62,068 nt of DNA, from IMG/VR virus record IMGVR_UViG_3300017989_000122, positions 1-62,068 of that record. The stretch is one strand, 5' to 3'. The DNA comes from a virus. Taxonomy: Duplodnaviria; Caudoviricetes. Within the stretch, counting starts at the first letter, position 1. Each line of letters begins with the position of its first letter. This document shows, piece after piece, positions 9,627 through 18,771 of this stretch. The translations under genes were made by a program, and so were the position numbers. The notes under the pieces were generated by a model. It ran no database searches, was not told where the DNA came from, and saw nothing but the letters and a program-made list of their open reading frames with translations.

Positions 9627-10001
9627 TTAGATTTGATAGTCGTACTCGACCACGGTACATCCATAGTCCCTGGCTCCCTTGAGGGCGGCGGCACGGGACT
9701 TGTAAACGTGGTTAAGCAGAAATACCTTGTGGCCTTGCGGTCCCTCAAAGACCGACCATCGGAACTCGTAGGGATTTCTGGAATTGCCACTCAAGCCCTT
9801 CACGAGATGGGCATGGCTCTGCCCAACGGCGCTATTGAAGATGGCGGAGGCGGCTTTGTTCTCCGCCTGCTTCACGGCTAGATTGAATCGCTGGTCGTTC
9901 ATTTCTGCTCCTTCATCTTTGGTCTTGACAACTACGTTGCCCTTGATGGTCTCGCCTTCCTTGGCGGGGGCTCCGAACTTGGATGTGGACTTCGGACTCA
10001 T
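9627..10001 (-). CDS. Hypothetical early protein
   Basis: Conserved AGGAGGAAC leader before ATG. Confidence 0.6.
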   Translation of the reverse strand: MSPKSTSKFGAPAKEGETIKGNVVVKTKDEGAEMNDQRFNLAVKQAENKAASAIFNSAVGQSHAHLVKGLSGNSRNPYEFRWSVFEGPQGHKVFLLNHVYKSRAAALKGARDYGCTVVEYDYQI

Positions 10002-10029
10002 GGATGGTTCCTCCTGTGTTGTGGTTTGT

Positions 10030-10281
10030 TCACGCGGCCTTGCGATTGGTACGACGGGCCATACGTTGATGCTTGCGGTGCCACTTGCGGACGCCGTACG
10101 GCATAGTATGATTTGGTCCGCCGTGGCCCGGCTTCTTCGCCTTGGTCTGCGCCTTCTCCTCCTTCGGCTCGACGCGCGGCGGTGCCATGACGGCGACGTC
10201 CGCCTTGCGCGTCTCGGTCTTCTTCGTCTCGCGCTTCGTCCAGCGCGCGGCGAACCAGTCGACGATGCCCTTGAACTTCAT
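10030..10281 (-). CDS. Basic hypothetical early protein
   Basis: AGGAGGAAC leader; MKFKGIVDW... Confidence 0.6.
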   Translation of the reverse strand: MKFKGIVDWFAARWTKRETKKTETRKADVAVMAPPRVEPKEEKAQTKAKKPGHGGPNHTMPYGVRKWHRKHQRMARRTNRKAA

Positions 10282-10316
10282 CTCGGTTCCTCCTTGGTTT
10301 GGGTGGTGGATTTTTG

Positions 10317-10553
10317 CTATGCAAGCACGGCGCGGGGAATGCGATTGCGGTAGACCGGGCAGGCATACTTGTCCACCGAAACCCGGCGGGCAAGATGTTG
10401 GGCGCGGCACTTGCGGAACGTTTGAGCGTGTGCCTTGTCCCTCGTCCAGCCCCCCGTCATCGTGTAGTAGATGGGGGGCATGTCCCGGTTCTGCTTGCCA
10501 GGCGTCAACTTGAGAACGAATCGCTTGGCGTTGTCCTTGTGTGGCTTCTTCAT
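10317..10553 (-). CDS. Hypothetical early protein
   Basis: GAGGAGGAACGAACG leader. Confidence 0.6.
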   Translation of the reverse strand: MKKPHKDNAKRFVLKLTPGKQNRDMPPIYYTMTGGWTRDKAHAQTFRKCRAQHLARRVSVDKYACPVYRNRIPRAVLA

Positions 10554-10595
10554 CGTTCGTTCCTCCTCTTTGTGTGTGGGTGATTGGGTATAGGT

Positions 10596-10925
10596 TTATT
10601 TCGTCTCGTTCATGGTAAGTGTGCCGTCGAAGTCGTCACTGAGGAAATTGCCATATCCGGTCGTGCGGGGCAGGAAGAACTTCTCCTCCTTCAGAAGCCC
10701 ATAGACGTCGTGCAGGATGTCGAAGTTGCGGTACGTCTTCTTCCGGTCGTTGGCGCGGCTCCACTCGATGTAGCCGAGCATGTCGCGCAACTGGAGTGGG
10801 GAGATGTAGTGGTCGAACGCGATGAACAGGTCGATGCGGTTCTCCTTCGACAAGCCGATGCGCTCGCGCTCCTGCTCGACGATGTCGACGACGGCGGCGA
10901 CGTGGTGCGGGTTGTGGTGGTACAT
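10596..10925 (-). CDS. Hypothetical early protein
   Basis: GAGGAGGAACGAACG leader; NFDILHDVYGL...FFLPR. Confidence 0.65.
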   Translation of the reverse strand: MYHHNPHHVAAVVDIVEQERERIGLSKENRIDLFIAFDHYISPLQLRDMLGYIEWSRANDRKKTYRNFDILHDVYGLLKEEKFFLPRTTGYGNFLSDDFDGTLTMNETK

Positions 10926-10951
10926 CGTTCGTTCCTCCTCTGTGGTTTGGC

Positions 10952-11233
10952 TTACGCGGGCTTGCCCTCGCCGACCTTGCCCTTGATGACGGGGTCGAGC
11001 ACGGTCTCGCCGCGCATGATGCTGATGACCCAACGCGGCGGGATGTAGTTGCTCAACGCCTCGGCCTCGCTGTTGCCGAAGACGGCCTGCAACGCGGCGG
11101 ACGCGCCGCACAGGAAAGCGGCCTCCTCGGTGATTGCCTTCTTGCCCTTCCCCGGCTTGTGCCCGAGGTTGTCGAGGCGGTTCCGCAGGACGTTTTCGAT
11201 TTCGTTCACGATGGCTTGCTTGTCGGTCTTCAT
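10952..11233 (-). CDS. Hypothetical early protein
   Basis: GAGGAGGAAC leader; EAAFLCGA motif. Confidence 0.65.
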   Translation of the reverse strand: MKTDKQAIVNEIENVLRNRLDNLGHKPGKGKKAITEEAAFLCGASAALQAVFGNSEAEALSNYIPPRWVISIMRGETVLDPVIKGKVGEGKPA

Positions 11234-11259
11234 CGGTGGTTCCTCCTCGGTTGGGTAGT

Positions 11260-11460
11260 TTAGCCTTCGTACCATTGCTGGTTGTCGCGTTTGCGGTTGA
11301 GTTGGCTTTCGTAGTTCTTTGCCATCATCGTCGCCCATGCTTTGTCAACCTTCGGCTCGAACTTCGTGGTCCAGATTGTCTTGCCGCGTTCCTTGGCAAC
11401 CAAACCGAAACGCCCATTGGTTTCGATATACTCGACGGTGAAGCGTTTTGCCTTCGCCAT
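11260..11460 (-). CDS. Hypothetical early protein
   Basis: GAGGAGGAAC leader. Confidence 0.6.
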   Translation of the reverse strand: MAKAKRFTVEYIETNGRFGLVAKERGKTIWTTKFEPKVDKAWATMMAKNYESQLNRKRDNQQWYEG

Positions 11461-11486
11461 GACCGGTTCCTCCTCTTGGTGGTTGG

Positions 11487-11768
11487 TTAGGCGTTCTCGA
11501 GGCAGCGGGCTTCTTCGATTGGGTTGAGGCGGAGGTCGTGCTCTTCGGCGTCGTCACCGTAGTGCCGCTTCAACGCCGCCTTGCCTTCCTCGGTCTCCTT
11601 CAGCTTCTCCTCCAGCGTCTTGATGTTCTCCTCCTTCACTGCATACTCCGTCCGCTTCTCCGTCAGCTCGCACTCCAGCTCGGTGATGTCCGCACCGAGG
11701 TCGTCCCGTTCGCTGGACAGCTGGTCGATGGTGGCGAGCGTCTCGTTGATGATGGCGTGGTGGTTCAT
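11487..11768 (-). CDS. Coiled-coil hypothetical protein; first gene of the leftward early operon
   Basis: AAGGAG RBS; heptad-like acidic sequence. Confidence 0.6.
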   Translation of the reverse strand: MNHHAIINETLATIDQLSSERDDLGADITELECELTEKRTEYAVKEENIKTLEEKLKETEEGKAALKRHYGDDAEEHDLRLNPIEEARCLENA

Positions 11769-12273
11769 GGTGGCTCTCCTTGTCGATTGTGTTGTGATGG
11801 ATGAAGGGTGGTGGTCGCTGTCCTCCTTGCCAGCGACCGTTGGTGGCTCTGAATCTGGGCGGCTCATTATCTCGGTGGTTAATGCGCGTGCCTGCGCCTG
11901 CGAGGCCTCCTTGGGGTTCGAGTTGTGTTTGTGCCGGTGCGGGGAATAGTCCCGCCTCTCCTGCTTTGGCGTTCCGCTTCAGCCCTCTAACTTGGCATCC
12001 CACATATCCGGCCCGTTACTGCCGGAGTCGTCTTCGCCATGCTGGCACTGCATCATCTCACCTGGTGATGACGGCTTGGCTGTCACCTCAATGCCTGGCT
12101 ACTGCCGCGTGGTTTCCTGGGCTTGGCTCGTCGCCCGTAACCTCCTGGCCAGTGGGTCACTATCGCCCTCCCTATCTGGCCGTCCCGGTGGAGCATCCCT
12201 TCTACCGGACCATCCACCGGAGTTCACCGGGACCGTTGGCTTGGGAACCTGGATTGGTTCTCCCCCTCGGCTT

Positions 12274-12297
12274 CCTGAATCTGATATCGGATTCAGG
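12274..12297. promoter_or_regulatory. Near-perfect 24-bp palindrome (operator or hairpin)
   Basis: CCTGAATCTGATATCGGATTCAGG. Confidence 0.5.
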
Positions 12298-12360
12298 TCT
12301 GGGCTTGCGGGACCGCCGCAATTTGTGGGAGCTTTACCCCATTCGCCTTCTTGGCTTGCG

Positions 12361-12642
12361 TAACTCTTTGATAATCAATGACTTGGATTATGAATTTGTG
12401 TAACTCATTGATAATCAATGACTACGCCCGGTCGATTTTCAATGAACCCCGGCCTTTCGGCCTACCATAATTTAAGCCCACAAAGGGGGAAGGCAAACAA
12501 GGAATCGGGAATATCCCGAAAAAACCCTTAAATTACCCTTAAATCATTGATAGTCAAAGGGTTAAGGGTAAAATAGCCCCCGAATTGGCCGGATGCCCCA
12601 ATATCGAGAATTCCATATAAATCATTGATGGAGAGCAAGTTA
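12361..12642. promoter_or_regulatory. Four ~25-bp dyad repeats containing IHF-consensus half-sites
   Basis: TAACTCTTTGATAATCAATGACTT (12361), TAACTCATTGATAATCAATGACTA (12401), TAAATCATTGATAGTCAAAGGGTTA (12540), TAAATCATTGATGGAGAGCAAGTTA (12618); match or near-match to WATCAANNNNTTR. Confidence 0.6.
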
Positions 12643-12755
12643 TGAATGGATGGGGGAAGGGGGATTCCCGCCCCATTTCCAGCCCCCGTCGGGAGCCCCG
12701 TCCCGATTGGCGCAGTGCCGGATTATATTGTCCGGCATGAAGTGGGAGATGGTTC

Positions 12756-13385
12756 ATGGCGAAGCGTCGGAACAATAGGGCAAGGCGACGACGGACAAAG
12801 CCGGCCCAACGAAATAAGAAGAAGTTGAAGTCGGCTACATTGCCTGCACCTACCACGGCCCCGGCGTTGCGGTCCGAGAGCGGGGTGACCGGTATGGATG
12901 CGTTCGCCATCAAGGAGCATCATGCCCGGTATCATCAGGCATACGCCAAGACTCTATTACGGGTGATGAGTGAGGGGGGTAGTATTTATTCCGTGGCCAG
13001 GGAAATAGGGTGTGCGGAAGGGACAATCAGGCGCTGGGCCGAGGACCATCCAGATTTCGCGTTGGCACTCGAGGTAGGGCGGGACATGAGTCGGGGCTGG
13101 TGGGAGGATATCGGTCGGGACAACTTGGGGAATAAGGACTTTAATTCAACCCTGTGGATGATGAACATGTCCAATCGCCATGGTTGGTCAAGGTTTGTCA
13201 AGGAAGGTAGTGGCCCTGAGGCGCCATCACTACATCAACATGACCACAAGCACGTAAATATCAATCTCGGTAACCTGACGTCCAAGCAGTTGCGGAAACT
13301 ACGCAGCGTTGTCGGTGAGCAGTTATTGGAAGGGAGCGAGGAACAGGATGAGTCAGAAGCAGACCTTGCAGCTGCCGTCGATTAG
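12756..13385 (+). CDS. terS: Terminase small subunit
   Basis: HTH (SVAREIGCAEGTIRRWAEDHPDF), GWWE...NRHGW; directly upstream of TerL. Confidence 0.8.
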   Translation: MAKRRNNRARRRRTKPAQRNKKKLKSATLPAPTTAPALRSESGVTGMDAFAIKEHHARYHQAYAKTLLRVMSEGGSIYSVAREIGCAEGTIRRWAEDHPDFALALEVGRDMSRGWWEDIGRDNLGNKDFNSTLWMMNMSNRHGWSRFVKEGSGPEAPSLHQHDHKHVNINLGNLTSKQLRKLRSVVGEQLLEGSEEQDESEADLAAAVD

Positions 13386-14808
13386 AGAGATTGACCTGGA
13401 GCTGGCACATCGCCACCTGGTCGACTTCGTCACGCTTACATGGTGTGGCGTCGAGGTCAAGCCCTACATCCACGGTACCATCGTCGAGGCCATCTGCGAC
13501 CATCTGGAGGCGGTCATTAACGGAGACATCCGAAAACTCATCATTACAGTCCCACCGCGCCACATGAAGTCACTGCTGACTTCGGTATTCCTTCCGGCCT
13601 GGGCCTGGATTGATTACCCGGAGCTTCAGTTCCTCTTTGCGTCATATACGCACTCCCTATCCATCCGCGATTCCGTCAGATGCCGCCGGCTGATGTTATC
13701 TTCCATCTACGGGGAACTGAAAAGTCGATACGCCCTGAATAAGTGGTCACTCACGGATGACCAGAATACGAAGATACGATTTGATAATGACCGATTCGGT
13801 TATCGCATATCCACATCGGTCGATGGCGCGTTGACCGGTGAAGGCGGCGACATCATTGTTGTGGATGACCCACATAATGTCATCGAGGGGGAAAGCGAGG
13901 CGGTCCGCAAGAGCACGTTGGCTTGGTGGGATGAGGCCATGAGTACGCGGTTGAATGATGCCCGGTCAGGCCGGTACGTGATAATCGGCCAGCGCGTGCA
14001 CGAGGAGGACCTCATTGGTCATATCCTGGACCGTCAGGATGACTGGGTTCACTTATGCCTCCCCGCTCGATATGAGGGGGAGAGCCGGATTTGCAGTACA
14101 TTGCCCAAGTGGCGTGAGGATTGGCGTAGTGAGGAGGGGGACCTATTGTGGCCGGAGCGATTCGGGGAAGAACAGTTGCGGGAAATCGAGGAGGCCCTCG
14201 GTCCTTATGGCACAGCGGCCCAGCTCCAGCAACGCCCCAGTCCCAGGCAAGGCGGGATGTTCCAGCCGGAGAAAGCCAAGGTCGTCGATAAGCTCCCCGG
14301 TCATATCATGGATGAAGTCAGGTACTGGGATAAGGCCGGGAGCGCGGACAGTGGCGCATATACGGCCGGGGTGAAGATGGCCAAGTTGAGTACGGGCCAA
14401 TATGCCGTGATGGATGTCGTGCGCGGTCAATGGGTCGCCAGTGACCGGGAGCGGATAATCAAGGATACCGCGGAGAAGGATGGACACAAGGTCCATGTGG
14501 GGACAGAGCAGGAGCCAGGCAGTGGTGGGAAGGAGTCAGCCGAGAACACCATCAAGAACCTGGCCGGGTTCAAGGTATTCGCCGAACGCGTCACCGGGGA
14601 CAAGGCTTCCAGGGCCGAGCCATACAGCATCCAGTTCAACGTGGGGAATGTTTTGGTCATGAATGAGGAGTGGAGAAAGGTGTTCATGGAGGAGCACCGG
14701 CAGTTCCCGATGGGTCGGTACAAGGACCAGGTGGATGCCGCCTCCGGTGCGTTCAACCACCTCAGTCGTGCACGGAAGAAAGCCGGAGCATGGGGGGTCG
14801 GTCGGTGA
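13348..14808 (+). CDS. terL: Terminase large subunit
   Basis: Walker A PPRHMKS, Walker B IIVVDDP, QQRP, nuclease YWDKA and KDQVDA. Confidence 0.95.
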   Translation: MSQKQTLQLPSIREIDLELAHRHLVDFVTLTWCGVEVKPYIHGTIVEAICDHLEAVINGDIRKLIITVPPRHMKSLLTSVFLPAWAWIDYPELQFLFASYTHSLSIRDSVRCRRLMLSSIYGELKSRYALNKWSLTDDQNTKIRFDNDRFGYRISTSVDGALTGEGGDIIVVDDPHNVIEGESEAVRKSTLAWWDEAMSTRLNDARSGRYVIIGQRVHEEDLIGHILDRQDDWVHLCLPARYEGESRICSTLPKWREDWRSEEGDLLWPERFGEEQLREIEEALGPYGTAAQLQQRPSPRQGGMFQPEKAKVVDKLPGHIMDEVRYWDKAGSADSGAYTAGVKMAKLSTGQYAVMDVVRGQWVASDRERIIKDTAEKDGHKVHVGTEQEPGSGGKESAENTIKNLAGFKVFAERVTGDKASRAEPYSIQFNVGNVLVMNEEWRKVFMEEHRQFPMGRYKDQVDAASGAFNHLSRARKKAGAWGVGR

Positions 14809-14887
14809 GGTATTCGGTGAGACACCGATACAGTATAAGTCATAACAAGGACAAAGAAAAACACAGTCCACAGTGAGGAGAACGGTC

Positions 14888-16414
14888 ATGCCCCGTAAAA
14901 GCAAAGTCAAGCCCAAGGCAGGCGTGGACACAGTCAATGCCAGACTGAGGGAAGCCAGAATCGAGCCAGCCGAGGTTGTCAAGACCCAGGAGCAGGTGGT
15001 ACAAGTCATCAATAGAATGAGGATGGCCAATGCACTGATGAGGGCCAATATGCAAGGCCCACTGTCCAGCAGACGGGAAGCCGCAGCCAGGGGCGGTTAC
15101 AGTTATGGGACAGACCGTGACTTGTATGCCGCACTGGGGTTTCCCATCAGTGTCATGTTCGATGACTACCTGGCCAAGTATCAGCGGACCGGATATGGGA
15201 AACGGATAGTCAATGCTTTTCCAGATGCGTGCTGGCGGGTGACGCCCGAGGTGACCGATGACGAGGACCCGGCCCAGAACAGTAAGTTCGAGGACAAGTG
15301 GCGTGAACTTGTGGACGAGAACCATATCTGGCACTATATGAGGAGGACGGATAGGATAGCAGGCATAGGCCAGTTCGGTGTCTTGTTCATCGGTGCGGAT
15401 GACGGTAAGGAGTTCAAGGAGCCGTTAATGTCCGCCAAGCAGTTGTTGTACCTGACCCCGCTGACCGAGAAGGATGTCACAATAACGCAGTCGGTCGGTG
15501 ATAAGAAGGACCCCCGGTATGGGTTACCGGAACTGTATTCGCTGTCATTCAGCCAGACCTATTCGGATGGCGTGCATTGGTCACGGGTCATCCATGTGGC
15601 CGATGATACGACGACGAGTGAGGTGTATGGGACTCCCCGACTGGAGGCCGTATACAATAACTTACTGAACCTGGCCAGAATCACAGGCGGTTCCGGTGAG
15701 ATGTTCTGGCGGGGCGCCTTTCCCGGCCTGGGGTTCGTACTGGACGCCGATGCCGACGCGGACGCCAAGACACTGGAACAACTCGAAACCGAAATCGAGA
15801 ACTACATCCACGGCATGAACCGCTACATGAAGTTGCAGGGTCTGACAGTCCAGGAGTTGGGTAAGCCAGCCGCGGTCAATCCGAAGTTCCATGTGGACGC
15901 CCAGTTACAGGAGGTGTCGGCCGCTACCGGTATCCCCAAGCGCATATTGGTAGGCAGTGAGGAGGCGCGGTTGGCCGGGGAGCAGGATACCGAGGCCTGG
16001 TTGACGTTGGTCGATGAGCGACGCCGGAACTTCTGTGAGCCGATGATGTTGCGCCCATTGATTGACCGATTGATTGAGTGCGGGATACTGCCGAAACCCC
16101 GGCAGGATAAGTACAAGGTTGTATGGCCTGATATCATGGCCTTGTCGGAGCAGGAGCAGGTGGACATCGCGGTCAAGAAAACCGAGATGATGAAGATGTA
16201 TCAGGAGGCCGGACTCGAGTCACTGATGCCGCCTGACATATTCATGGAGATGATGCTCTTTATGGATGTCGAGGAAGTGAAGGAGATGTTGGATGGCATG
16301 GTCGAGCGACTAAAGGAGGAGGAGCGGGACGCCAGGGAGGCGATGGATACGGACGAAGGCGAGGAGGAAGAGGAGGATGGCGTAGAGGAGGAGATGGAGG
16401 AAGAGAATGAGTAG
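14888..16414 (+). CDS. Portal protein (DUF1073-like)
   Basis: Follows TerL; DPRYGLPELY, VHWSRVIH, IPKRILVG motifs. Confidence 0.85.
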   Translation: MPRKSKVKPKAGVDTVNARLREARIEPAEVVKTQEQVVQVINRMRMANALMRANMQGPLSSRREAAARGGYSYGTDRDLYAALGFPISVMFDDYLAKYQRTGYGKRIVNAFPDACWRVTPEVTDDEDPAQNSKFEDKWRELVDENHIWHYMRRTDRIAGIGQFGVLFIGADDGKEFKEPLMSAKQLLYLTPLTEKDVTITQSVGDKKDPRYGLPELYSLSFSQTYSDGVHWSRVIHVADDTTTSEVYGTPRLEAVYNNLLNLARITGGSGEMFWRGAFPGLGFVLDADADADAKTLEQLETEIENYIHGMNRYMKLQGLTVQELGKPAAVNPKFHVDAQLQEVSAATGIPKRILVGSEEARLAGEQDTEAWLTLVDERRRNFCEPMMLRPLIDRLIECGILPKPRQDKYKVVWPDIMALSEQEQVDIAVKKTEMMKMYQEAGLESLMPPDIFMEMMLFMDVEEVKEMLDGMVERLKEEERDAREAMDTDEGEEEEEDGVEEEMEEENE

Positions 16415-18194
16415 TTCGATTCTGGATGGTAGGGCGGCCAGCCAAACTACAAACGGGTTGTTACAGCCTGATTGCCCCTCCTGTGGGCTGCCCTACCATC
16501 CTTTTATCAATCGGTCGAGGGGGCGGCGCGTGACGCCGGAGATGATTGACCCGAGTCGCACCGGGACATTGAGGAGGAAGTTCGCGGCGGACTTGGTCAG
16601 TCGGTTCACGGCATTGAAGACGGTCATGTATGAGTCCATCGTGAAGTATGATTGCTTGGGGTTGAGGAAGGCAGGCATGACCGTACTGGCGAACCCGGCG
16701 AAGTTGAGGATGGTGCGGGCTGGATATCGACAGTTCGACTTCCCGACCAACCCGGAGAAGGTGGATGGATTCATGCGTTGGCTCCGTCAGCAGTCCCAAG
16801 CCGGCATCATGAAGGGGCCGCCTCGATTCACCATCACGAGGGGGCCGGTGAAGGGGGTTGTGGGGCATGAACGATGGACGGACATGTATATCGAGTCGGC
16901 CTACAAGAAAGGTGTGGCGCGGGGTAACGCCGAGTTGAAGAAACTCCAGCCCAAACTGTTCGGGGCCGAGCCGGTGGCTGGGGTCGGGGCGTTCCTGCAA
17001 CCGGTGCACGCCGATGCTGCCGGTATGCTGGCGATGAGGGCATACGAGGAGTTGGATGGCATCAACGCGGCGATGAGTCAGCAGATAGGGCGTGTACTGG
17101 CGGGAGGACTATTGGAAGGGAAGAGTCCGCTGGTGATTGCACGGGAACTGAATGACCGCGTGGACAAAATCGGCATCACGAGGGCGAAGATGTTGGCCAG
17201 GACGGAAATCATGCGTGCACATCACATGGCGACCATCAACACGTATGAGGCGGCAGGCATCGAAGGGGTGAAGGTCAAAGCGGAGTTCAGTACGGCGGGG
17301 GATGCGGCGGTATGCGAACTGTGCGAGGGGTTCGAGCGGGAAGGGCCGATGCCATTGGAGAAGATTCGTGGACTGATACCGGCACACCCGAACTGCCGAT
17401 GCGTGGCAATACCGGTCGCACCGAAACTGACAAAGAAGGAGGTGGAGAAGCGGGTACGGCGCGAGGTGAGGCGGGAAGCGATTGTCAAGCGTCGACTGCG
17501 TAAGGGGAGTTTCAAGGGGGTCGCCGGGAATCTGCCGCCGTGCATATCGGTGCATCGGTCGATAGCGGACGTACTGGTCGTGACCGGCAACGTGAGGCGT
17601 GGGTTGTCATGCTTGCAACCGAAGGACCACGAGAAGGTGCAGGCCGCACTGAAGAACGCCAATCCCGCCAAGGCGGCAGAGCAGCGGATTGCCAAGGCGA
17701 ACGAGCGGTGGTTGGCGAAGGCCATAGGGGACGCACAGAACACCCCTGATAACCGGCCGTTTGACGTGATTGCGGGCGTCAGCCGGAAATGGAAGCTGGA
17801 CAACCCCACTGGGCCGCCGCCTCGCTACCTCCTGGAACTCAAGAGCATCGTGATATCGAAGAAGCCGGGTGAGTTCGCGAAAATCACCATGAACAAGCAT
17901 GCGCGGATGTTGAAGGCGGCTGACCGAAAGCGATTGAAGGTACTGCCCAAGGACGTATATACAGTCGCGTTCGATACACGCACCGGTTCGGTGGAGTCCG
18001 GCAAAGCGACCGCCTATATCAAGAAGGGATATGGGAACTTCCAGTTACGGGCCATGGTCAAGGTCGGTAAGCCGAAGGACCTGGTGCGACTGCTGAAGAA
18101 GGGGAATGAGGACGAATTGGCGGCATTGTTCAAGAAGGCGAAGAAAGAGAAGCGCGGGATGAGGCGCCGTACAGTGTCGAAGAAGAAGGAGTAG
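16407..18194 (+). CDS. MuF/SPP1 gp7-like head morphogenesis protein with C-terminal PD-(D/E)xK-like extension
   Basis: RAKMLARTE, CELC, IPAHPNCRC; extension carries E...PFD...LLELKS. Confidence 0.8.
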   Translation: MSSSILDGRAASQTTNGLLQPDCPSCGLPYHPFINRSRGRRVTPEMIDPSRTGTLRRKFAADLVSRFTALKTVMYESIVKYDCLGLRKAGMTVLANPAKLRMVRAGYRQFDFPTNPEKVDGFMRWLRQQSQAGIMKGPPRFTITRGPVKGVVGHERWTDMYIESAYKKGVARGNAELKKLQPKLFGAEPVAGVGAFLQPVHADAAGMLAMRAYEELDGINAAMSQQIGRVLAGGLLEGKSPLVIARELNDRVDKIGITRAKMLARTEIMRAHHMATINTYEAAGIEGVKVKAEFSTAGDAAVCELCEGFEREGPMPLEKIRGLIPAHPNCRCVAIPVAPKLTKKEVEKRVRREVRREAIVKRRLRKGSFKGVAGNLPPCISVHRSIADVLVVTGNVRRGLSCLQPKDHEKVQAALKNANPAKAAEQRIAKANERWLAKAIGDAQNTPDNRPFDVIAGVSRKWKLDNPTGPPPRYLLELKSIVISKKPGEFAKITMNKHARMLKAADRKRLKVLPKDVYTVAFDTRTGSVESGKATAYIKKGYGNFQLRAMVKVGKPKDLVRLLKKGNEDELAALFKKAKKEKRGMRRRTVSKKKE

Positions 18195-18197
18195 GGA

Positions 18198-18485
18198 ATG
18201 AGTTACTATCTGGTAGATGGCAACAGCGAGATGGTCGGCCAGGTCGGGAGTGGCACGGGCCTCGCCGACATGACCGAGTGGGTGGGGAAGCACGGCGGTC
18301 AGGCCCTCCATGAGTTCCTGCAGTTGGGTGCGTCATTACTGACGGACGAGTTGTTCCAGGACCTGGACGAGGCGGTCAAAGTGGATGCACCGAAAGATAT
18401 CCATGACACGTTGGTCAACCTCCGGCGGCTGGTCGGTCAGTCGGACATCATCGTCATCATTACCAATGGATATCAAGGAGGGTGA
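18198..18485 (+). CDS. Small acidic protein, candidate immunity protein
   Basis: 3 nt after the MuF stop; acidic, whereas the upstream extension is very basic. Confidence 0.5.
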   Translation: MSYYLVDGNSEMVGQVGSGTGLADMTEWVGKHGGQALHEFLQLGASLLTDELFQDLDEAVKVDAPKDIHDTLVNLRRLVGQSDIIVIITNGYQGG

Positions 18486-18488
18486 CCG

Positions 18489-18737
18489 ATGGCTAACAAT
18501 GGGTGGAAGATGAGCAAAAAGGAAAAGGTCATGGCAAATCTTAATCTCAAGACCGGGGTGGGCTACAAGCCCAAGTACCACAAGGGGGATGTGAACGACC
18601 ATGCGAGGCGCCGAGCCGGCTCCAGGTCCAAGGTTTACAGTGAGCAGGGCAGGCGGAACCATGAGGCCATATTCGGGCGCAGGGAAAACAAGGTAAACTT
18701 TCAGTTGGCGGCAGAATGCCATAGTTCGGCACAATGA
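18489..18737 (+). CDS. Basic hypothetical protein
   Basis: AGGAGG RBS. Confidence 0.45.
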   Translation: MANNGWKMSKKEKVMANLNLKTGVGYKPKYHKGDVNDHARRRAGSRSKVYSEQGRRNHEAIFGRRENKVNFQLAAECHSSAQ

Positions 18738-18771
18738 CGATATAATATAAGGAGTAATGGAGTAACCAACG

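Noticed and set aside
11486-11492. GTTAGGC as another attC core in the early region
   Set aside because: No matching left arm or stem found upstream.
11900-12350. tRNA gene
   Set aside because: Hairpins are present but I could not fit a cloverleaf with a T-loop consensus.
12361-12425. attP or dif site
   Set aside because: No integrase seen; the dyads lack the XerD-arm consensus and fit IHF half-sites better.
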